Of a DNA stretch of 59,495 nucleotides, positions 53,142 through 59,495 are shown piece by piece. Below the pieces are notes generated by a model. That model did not search any database, was not told where the DNA came from, and was given only the letters and a program-made list of their open reading frames with translations. The stretch's first letter is position 1; each line of letters begins with the position of its first letter. The stretch comes from an uncultured virus (IMG/VR IMGVR_UViG_3300027754_005401) (lineage: Duplodnaviria > Heunggongvirae > Uroviricota > Caudoviricetes): the IMG/VR virus record IMGVR_UViG_3300027754_005401. The stretch is one strand, 5' to 3'. The position numbers were made by a program, and so were the translations under genes.

Positions 53142-53280
53142 CTAATCTTTTTAAAGTAGATTAAGTAATTATTTGGTTACTTGTTTTTTAAAGTAGAATG
53201 AGAATTATTTTGGTTAACTAATCTTTTAAAGTAGATTAGTAATTAATAATTAATGACTAATCTTTTAAAGTAGAATGAAT
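53142..53280 (+). repeat. AAAGTAGAWT motif array 2 (4 copies, 37-39 bp period)
   Basis: Copies at 53153, 53190, 53228, 53267. Confidence 0.93.
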
Positions 53281-53480
53281 ATTAATGTTTAAATAATTGT
53301 TTAAATAATTATTTTGCTTAGATTGTTTACTTAAAAGGTAATGATTAAAACGCATAATAACTTTGACAACTGAACATAATAACATCATTGGTTTAGATTG
53401 CATTAGATCGCATTAGAAGCTATTTGTTTGCAAGTAAGGCAAAGGTATTACTGGCAACAAGATCACGCAATTTAAAAGAA

Positions 53481-53511
53481 AATACCTTGCATGGATTTCA
53501 TGCAAGGTATT
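53481..53511 (-). terminator. intrinsic terminator
   Basis: aataccttgcatg/catgcaaggtatt 13-bp stem, T-rich tail on the minus strand. Confidence 0.88.
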
Positions 53512-53527
53512 GTTGTTTGAAGTGATG

Positions 53528-55618
53528 CTATTTAGTGAATAGCTTTTTAATCTGCCTAGCTAGGATTGATAAGCTGGATTTCACATCATTGATAATTACA
53601 AATCCATCTTTGCCATATAAACTTTCACCAGCTTCTTTAGGGAAAGCATTGTCGATACCGATTGCAAAGAGATCGATACCAGCTTTGCGAATTTCCTTAA
53701 CACATCTTGTGGTGTGCGGTAAACCTTCTTCACGATAATCATACCCACAAGGCATACCATCAGTAAGCATGAATAGCTTATGGACATGGTTCTTGCTTAC
53801 TGGATTATTTGCAATCATGCGTTGCTGCATGAACCTAATAGCAAAGCCATCATGGTTTTGGTATAGGCCACAAGCTTGCTCTAGCATTGCTGAGTTATCA
53901 ATGCCAGCTTGCTTGTCGATGTATGGAAGCATATCAAGCGTATGCCCACTACTACGATCAGCAGTATGTCCATAAACTACTAAGTTAATCCCTTTAATAG
54001 TTTTTAACGCTTCTACCAAGGTTATAACTACTTCTCTAGCTAATACATCTCTTCGGTTTGTTTGCATGGACTGGGATTGGTCGAGCAAGATTCCGATAGT
54101 CACATCTTTAGATTTAGGACATTCTTTGGTAGCAAACAAGTTAATGTTTTTCATACCAAATTTGTGCAAACCATTCTGGTCAATGTCACCAGTTGTTTTG
54201 CCGAAATCGTATCGATCCATTTTGTTATTGCGGAAAGCAAAGCTATTGCGAATGATCGCAACTTGTGATCTTAATGATAAGGCAATTGCTTTATAGCTTG
54301 CTTTGTTTTTCAAAGCAGCTTTAAGTGAATGAATCTGTAATTTTGAGACAAAAGGATCGCCAACTTTTTTTGTCTCTGGTTTAACTTCCAACCATTCGAC
54401 AGGAGTTGGTTCTTCCATCACTTTCTGCCATAGGCTTTGCTCTAATGTTTCTTCCATCACTTTAGGTTTCTTATTAGCTGATTCATCATCTGAATCGCTA
54501 TCTGAATCTGATTCTTTGCCATCATCTGATTCTTTGCCATCATCTGATTCTGATTCTGATTCTGATTCATCATCTGAATCGCTACCATCTTCTGATTCAT
54601 CTTCTGAATCGTTACCATCTTCTGATTCACCATCTGAATCTGATTCATCTTCTGAATCGCTACCATCTTCTGATTCATCTTCTGAATCGTTACCATCTTC
54701 TGATTCACCATCTGAATCTGATTCATCTTCTGAATCGCTACCATCTTCTGATTTAGATTTCTTGATTCTAATTCCATCATCACTACCATCATCTGATTCA
54801 TCTTCTGAATCGTTACCATCTTCTGATTCTGATTCTGATTCTGATTCTGATTCTGATTCTGATTCTGATTCTGATTCTGATTCTGATTCTGAATCGTTAC
54901 CATCTTCTGATTCATCATCACCAGTTTCATTGCTTGGATTTTCGCCATCATGCGGGTTTTCGTTTTCCTCATTACCATCACCATCATCGTCACCAGTTTC
55001 ACCAACTGGGGGCAATTCTGGTTCATCTGATTCAAGGATTTCCTTTAGATTGCTAAATGCTTTTTTGGTAATCTCAATTGGTTTTTTAGAAGTCTTTAAT
55101 TCTTCTGCTAATTCATCAAGAATTTCTTTAGCCTTAACTGGAATTGATTCATTGTGAAGCCAATTCTCAGTAAGTTTTTCTAAGCTTAGTTCTGGGTGCT
55201 TTGCTTCTGGTAATGAAGTTAAGAAGTTATCAACATCACTTGAAAAGCCTGACCAATTTTCTTTAACTTTATCCAATGAGTTTTTAAGAACAACATTAGA
55301 GAAAAGGTTTTTAATTCCTTTAGGTGAACACATTAATTCTGATTCATTCCGTTTGCTTAAATTGCCCATTGCTTTGGACAATTCTGCTTTAGCAAGCAAT
55401 CGGCCAGTCTCTTCTGATATCGCATTAGGGTTATCAATAGGCTTGCCAAACGCATCGAAGAATTTACCAGCATTTATTCTGATTGCGTTCTTGTCATTAC
55501 CGAATGTAACTTCCAATGTTTTCTCAGCTTTGCCAATTCCAGCATTACCAAGGATGTTTGCAGCTTTGGTTAGTTCTGCTTTGATTGTTTCAACTTTTTT
55601 TTGTGTTTCAGAGTTCAT
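53528..55618 (-). CDS. CobT-like VWA-domain protein with long acidic linker
   Basis: ILLDQSQSM (MIDAS), VYGH, NHDG.AI, MLTDGMP; Ser/Asp/Glu tract; start moved to MNSETQ behind AAGGA. Confidence 0.88.
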   Translation of the reverse strand: MNSETQKKVETIKAELTKAANILGNAGIGKAEKTLEVTFGNDKNAIRINAGKFFDAFGKPIDNPNAISEETGRLLAKAELSKAMGNLSKRNESELMCSPKGIKNLFSNVVLKNSLDKVKENWSGFSSDVDNFLTSLPEAKHPELSLEKLTENWLHNESIPVKAKEILDELAEELKTSKKPIEITKKAFSNLKEILESDEPELPPVGETGDDDGDGNEENENPHDGENPSNETGDDESEDGNDSESESESESESESESESESESESEDGNDSEDESDDGSDDGIRIKKSKSEDGSDSEDESDSDGESEDGNDSEDESEDGSDSEDESDSDGESEDGNDSEDESEDGSDSDDESESESESDDGKESDDGKESDSDSDSDDESANKKPKVMEETLEQSLWQKVMEEPTPVEWLEVKPETKKVGDPFVSKLQIHSLKAALKNKASYKAIALSLRSQVAIIRNSFAFRNNKMDRYDFGKTTGDIDQNGLHKFGMKNINLFATKECPKSKDVTIGILLDQSQSMQTNRRDVLAREVVITLVEALKTIKGINLVVYGHTADRSSGHTLDMLPYIDKQAGIDNSAMLEQACGLYQNHDGFAIRFMQQRMIANNPVSKNHVHKLFMLTDGMPCGYDYREEGLPHTTRCVKEIRKAGIDLFAIGIDNAFPKEAGESLYGKDGFVIINDVKSSLSILARQIKKLFTK
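54480..54920 (-). repeat. 6/18/60-bp nested repeats encoding the SE/SEDG acidic linker
   Basis: (tctgat)n and tctgaatcg(c/t)taccatct units. Confidence 0.9.
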
Positions 55619-55653
55619 TCTTATAATCCTTTTTCTAATAAAACTTGAGAAGT

Positions 55654-55680
55654 TTGTTCCTACCACAATGGTAGGAACAA
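55654..55680. other. intergenic 12-bp stem-loop between AAA+ and VWA genes
   Basis: ttgttcctacca-caa-tggtaggaacaa; no strong U tract. Confidence 0.75.
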
Positions 55681-55692
55681 TTAAGACTAACT

Positions 55693-56955
55693 TTATATCT
55701 TGAAGCCTTTACCCTTGACTAAACTAATCACATGATTCCTTTCTGAATCGGGTGTTCCATCACAAGGAAATCTGTAAACAATGCTATTTCTTAAGGTAAC
55801 ATCACTACCCGAAATCTTCCAAAGCTTTGCAGCTTTTTCCAAGATTCTGGTACTGATAGTTTTTGTGTAAATGCTACCAGCTTTGTATTTATCTCGAACA
55901 ACTTTTGCGATATCGCAAAGATCGTTTGCAATCTTAGCAGGGATTGCATACTTTTTCTGCAAGAGATTAGATTCTGAAACAGGGTCGATATAATCGACAG
56001 GGATTACATATTCAAACCGATCATCAAGAGCAAGATCATGCCCTTCTGTACCAGTAAATTCAGCCCCTTGGTTCATTGTTGTGAAAAAGGTTACACCATC
56101 AGCAACTTTGATTTCTTGCCCTGCTTCATCAAACCAAAGACTTCTACGATCATCAAGCAATGGCAAGCTAGTGTTCATAGACATTGGTGCAACTCGATTA
56201 AGTTCATCAAGAATCACAACTGCTTTAGGTGTTCTTACTGCTTCAACGAATCTGGAAAAGATCCATTTAATACCATCCTTGTCTACAGTTTTATTCCCAA
56301 ACAAAGATAAACCTTCTCTTAGTGTTTGACAATCAACAATAAAACAAGGTCGTTTGAATTTTGCAGCGTATTGGATACCGAATGTGGTTTTGCCACAACC
56401 AGCAGGGCCGACCAATTGATTTCTGGATGATGGTAATTTCTTTATGAAATCTTCCTTGGCCAATTTTTCAATTGATTCAATGAAGATTAGTTGTTCAGAA
56501 GTGAAGTGATAAAGTGGATTAACTTCTGGAATTTTTGTTGCCATTCTTAATTCATCTTCAACGATTTCTTCATGGTATTCAGTAGCAGGGATATCATCAT
56601 CCTCATCGTAAGATGACATTGATTCAATGCTTTCCATGATCGGGGTTTCTTCTGGTGTTGTGATCATAGCTACACCTAATTCTGGTTTTGCAATTGCTGC
56701 GATTGTTGGGGCTATTGAAACTGGAAATGTTGGAATTGGAATTGCTGGCATTGTTGCCCCGATAGCACTTGCAGCGTGTGCCATTCTCTTGTATTGGTTT
56801 CTTGCTGATGCGATCATTGAACGATCAGCAATTAATCCATGTTTTGCACATTCTTCGATTGCATTGCTGATGCTGATTGTTCCATGACTTGCTACCATGA
56901 TAGATCGCAAAACATTGTAAACTGGACTTCTTGCTTCTCTTGAAAAGATAGCCAT
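55693..56955 (-). CDS. MoxR/CobS-like AAA+ ATPase
   Basis: GPAGCGKT (Walker A), VILDELNR (Walker B), TMN.G..FTGT...D.ALDDRF, ISTR; GAGGA RBS. Confidence 0.92.
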   Translation of the reverse strand: MAIFSREARSPVYNVLRSIMVASHGTISISNAIEECAKHGLIADRSMIASARNQYKRMAHAASAIGATMPAIPIPTFPVSIAPTIAAIAKPELGVAMITTPEETPIMESIESMSSYDEDDDIPATEYHEEIVEDELRMATKIPEVNPLYHFTSEQLIFIESIEKLAKEDFIKKLPSSRNQLVGPAGCGKTTFGIQYAAKFKRPCFIVDCQTLREGLSLFGNKTVDKDGIKWIFSRFVEAVRTPKAVVILDELNRVAPMSMNTSLPLLDDRRSLWFDEAGQEIKVADGVTFFTTMNQGAEFTGTEGHDLALDDRFEYVIPVDYIDPVSESNLLQKKYAIPAKIANDLCDIAKVVRDKYKAGSIYTKTISTRILEKAAKLWKISGSDVTLRNSIVYRFPCDGTPDSERNHVISLVKGKGFKI

Positions 56956-57019
56956 GATTAATTCCTCTTAGCTTTATTCGGTAAGCTTTCCGTTTGATGG
57001 TTTATAATCCATCGAAGTA

Positions 57020-57048
57020 ATATCGAATTAATTGATTCTTAAATTTAA
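57020..57048 (-). promoter_or_regulatory. sigma28/FliA-like promoter
   Basis: Minus strand TAAA-N16-TTCGATAT, same geometry as 53102-53130. Confidence 0.55.
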
Positions 57049-57084
57049 TAAATATTAATCATTACTAATCTTGTAATCATTTAA

Positions 57085-57321
57085 TTTGTAATCTACTTTA
57101 AAAAAAACAAGAGATTAATTAATTTGCTAATCTACTTTAAAAATTGTACAGGGATTAATTTTGTAATCTACTTTAAAAAAAATTCAAAATTTAAAAATTT
57201 AAATTAAAGTAGATTACAAAATTGCTAATTAATTAGTTAATAAGTAGATTACATAATTAATTAATAAGTAGATTACATAATTATTAATTAATTAATTAAT
57301 TAATTTCTTAATCTACTTTAA
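57085..57321. repeat. AAGTAGATTA motif array 3 (7 copies, both orientations)
   Basis: Reverse copies at 57089, 57128, 57164, 57309; forward at 57206, 57242, 57266. Confidence 0.93.
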
Positions 57322-57572
57322 CCTGCCTGCTCCGCCTGACCCTGCCTGCTCCGCCTGATTCTGCTCCTGCTCCTGATCCTGCCTGCTCCGCCTGACCCTG
57401 CCTGCTCCGCCTGATTCTGCTCCTGCTCCTGATCCTGCCTGCTCCGCCTGATCCTGCCTGCTCCGCCTGATCCTGCCTGATCCTGCCTGATCCTGCCTGC
57501 TCCTGTACGCCTGAATCCTGCCTGATCCTGCCTGCTCCTGTACGCCTGAATCCTGCCTGATCCTGCCTGCTC
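57322..57572. repeat. GC-rich CCTG-based composite tandem repeat
   Basis: cctgcctgctccgcctga, ctgctc and tcctgcctga units with higher-order duplications. Confidence 0.95.
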
Positions 57573-57579
57573 GTGTTTA

Positions 57580-57880
57580 TTTTTAAAGTAGATTAAGTAA
57601 TTATTTGGTTATTTGCTTTTTTAAGTAGATTAAGTTATTATTTGGTAAATTAATTAGTTTAAGTAGATTAAGTAATTATTTGGTTATTTGCTTTTTAAAG
57701 TAGAATAAGAATTATTTAGTTAGTTAATTAGTTTAAGTAGATTAAGTAATTATTTGGTTAATTATAATTTTAAAGTAGAATAAGAATTATTTTGGTTAAT
57801 TAATTAGTTTAAGTAGATTAAGTAATTATTTTGATTAATTAATTAGTTAAAGTAGAATAAGTAATTATTTGGTAAATTAT
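57580..57880 (+). repeat. AAGTAGAWTAAG motif array 4 (8 copies, 37-39 bp period)
   Basis: aagtaga at 57586, 57623, 57661, 57698, 57735, 57773, 57811, 57850. Confidence 0.95.
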
Positions 57881-58020
57881 TTTAAATATTCATTGTTTAC
57901 CTAATTAGTAAACAATAATAAATCCTTTTAAATAAATCGTTTTAAAATAGCCTAAATTCCATTAATTTTAAATCAATGGTATTCGGTTCATATTAGGTTC
58001 ATATCGTTGAATTTAAGCTA

Positions 58021-58290
<270 letters not shown>

Positions 58291-58322
58291 CTACTAAGAT
58301 TATCTTTTATAAGTTAAATAAA

Positions 58323-58355
58323 AAATCCTCTAAGTAAATTTTACTTAGAGGATTT
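58323..58355 (-). terminator. intrinsic terminator
   Basis: aaatcctctaagta/tacttagaggattt 14-bp stem, T tail on the minus strand. Confidence 0.85.
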
Positions 58356-58370
58356 AGTTGGTGATTAAAT

Positions 58371-59495
58371 TTACTTGGCTAATAGTTTTTTAATTTCCCT
58401 AGCAAGTATGTTTACGCTACTTTGAATATCTTTAATTACTATGTAATTATTTTTACCAAATGTACGATCTCCAGTATGATCGCTAAAGGCATTGTCGATG
58501 CCGATTGCAAATACCTTCTGTCCTCGTTTGATTATTTCTTTCACATTCGCCAAGGTATGCGATTGTGCTTCTTCATCGTTATAATTTCTTGCACATGGCC
58601 TGCCATCTGTAAGAATGAATAAAGTATGAATACTATCTTTGTTAATCGGATTGTTTGCGATCATGCGATCAGCAATATACTTTATTGCAAAGCCATCTGC
58701 ATTTTCTACTTGATACACGGCACTTGCAAGATGCTCCAAATTGAATTGTTTGCAAGCTTTATCTTGATAGGGAAACATATCAAGATCATGTGTATTTTCG
58801 ATGTCGGCAGAATGGCCATAAATAACCAATTCAACTCCTTTTGTTGTCCGTAATGCTTCAGTAAGGGTTATTACAACCTCTCTAGCTTGAATGTATCGTA
58901 ACGATCCGTCAGCGGTAGTATTATTCATGCTCCCTGATTGGTCTAATAAAATACCGATAGTTACCTTTTTGTTTTTTGGCGATTCTTTAAGATTGAATAC
59001 TGAGATATCGCCTATCGCTAATTTGTGTAACCCGTTCAAATCTAAACTTCCAGATTTAAAGCCATGATTCTCACGATCATTTCGATTGTTCCGAAACGCA
59101 AAGGCATTTTGTAATACCCTTATTTGTTTGCTTCTGGACAACTGCACTCTTTTATATTCTTGAATAGCAAGTGATTTTGGCTTGCGATTGAATTTATCGT
59201 GAATAACTAGATTCATTTTGAATGGCGGTAGCCAAGTAATTTCTTCAACCGTAGGGTCTTTTTCCATTGGTTCTGGTTCATCGTTTATAGAATCAAACAA
59301 ATCTCTACCTTCCGATTCTTCGCTGCCTTTTAATTTACCTTTAGATTTACCTACTGGTTCATCCTCGCCTTCATCCTCGCCTTCATCCTCGCCTTCATCC
59401 TCGCCTTCTGGTGTTTCGCCTTCATCCTCGCCTTCATCCTCGCCTTCATCCTCGCCTTCATCCTCGCCTTCATCCTCTCCTTCATCCTCGCCTTC
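58371..59495 (-). CDS. second CobT-like VWA protein (5' end outside the window)
   Basis: ILLDQSGSM, IYGHSAD, NADGFAI, ILTDGRP; frame stays open past 59300 through (GEDE)n to the window edge. Confidence 0.88.
   Translation of the reverse strand, partial: EGEDEGEDEGEDEGEDEGEDEGEDEGETPEGEDEGEDEGEDEGEDEPVGKSKGKLKGSEESEGRDLFDSINDEPEPMEKDPTVEEITWLPPFKMNLVIHDKFNRKPKSLAIQEYKRVQLSRSKQIRVLQNAFAFRNNRNDRENHGFKSGSLDLNGLHKLAIGDISVFNLKESPKNKKVTIGILLDQSGSMNNTTADGSLRYIQAREVVITLTEALRTTKGVELVIYGHSADIENTHDLDMFPYQDKACKQFNLEHLASAVYQVENADGFAIKYIADRMIANNPINKDSIHTLFILTDGRPCARNYNDEEAQSHTLANVKEIIKRGQKVFAIGIDNAFSDHTGDRTFGKNNYIVIKDIQSSVNILAREIKKLLAK
59358..59495 (-). repeat. 12-bp repeat encoding (GEDE)n
   Basis: (ttcatcctcgcc)n. 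Confidence 0.95.

Noticed and set aside
54457..55157. NQ-rich and SD-rich ORFs
   Set aside because: Alternative frames of the VWA acidic-linker repeat
57580..57880. CRISPR array or Cas12a-like repeat (TCTAC/GTAGA similarity)
   Set aside because: Period is only 37-39 bp, intervening sequences are related AT-rich variants rather than unique spacers, copies occur in both orientations, and no cas genes are present
58001..58015. Third sigma28-like promoter (CGATAT on the minus strand)
   Set aside because: TAAA is only about 3 bp away rather than 15-16, and no gene follows

Overview
AT-rich, gene-dense segment of a large T4-like (jumbo) tailed phage genome, read with the standard code. Evidence: a T4 gp2-like DNA end protector, TAAATA late promoters just ahead of start codons, ATGA overlaps and no cellular housekeeping genes. 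Four zones are visible. (1) 1-5 kb: conserved virion-module genes plus a CCA-adding-enzyme homologue whose catalytic motifs look dead. (2) 5-19 kb and 28-37 kb: about 20 glycan synthesis and decoration genes (glycosyltransferases, Glf, DegT, GDP-Man 3,5-epimerase, three sulfotransferases, methyl- and pyruvyl-transferases) around a Thr-rich and a collagen-like fibre protein. (3) 16.7-28.7 kb and especially 37-52 kb: about 25 unrelated proteins share an N-terminal tag M(K/N)xFKxW/FLxxE resembling the T4 internal-protein capsid-targeting sequence. In 40-48 kb they are separated by a conserved ~45-bp promoter repeat that runs into the tag, suggesting a shufflable array of virion-packaged effectors (GNATs, HExxH peptidases, DnaJ, ART-like+FHA, ParB-like, DUF5591). 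(4) 52.1-59.5 kb: a compositionally distinct minus-strand island with a MoxR/CobS AAA+ gene and two VWA paralogues. It has sigma28-like promoters and strong terminators, and is interleaved with about 23 copies of an AAGTAGA(T/A)TA motif and strand-polarised CCTG microsatellites. All product calls come from motif recognition by eye; no database searches were run.
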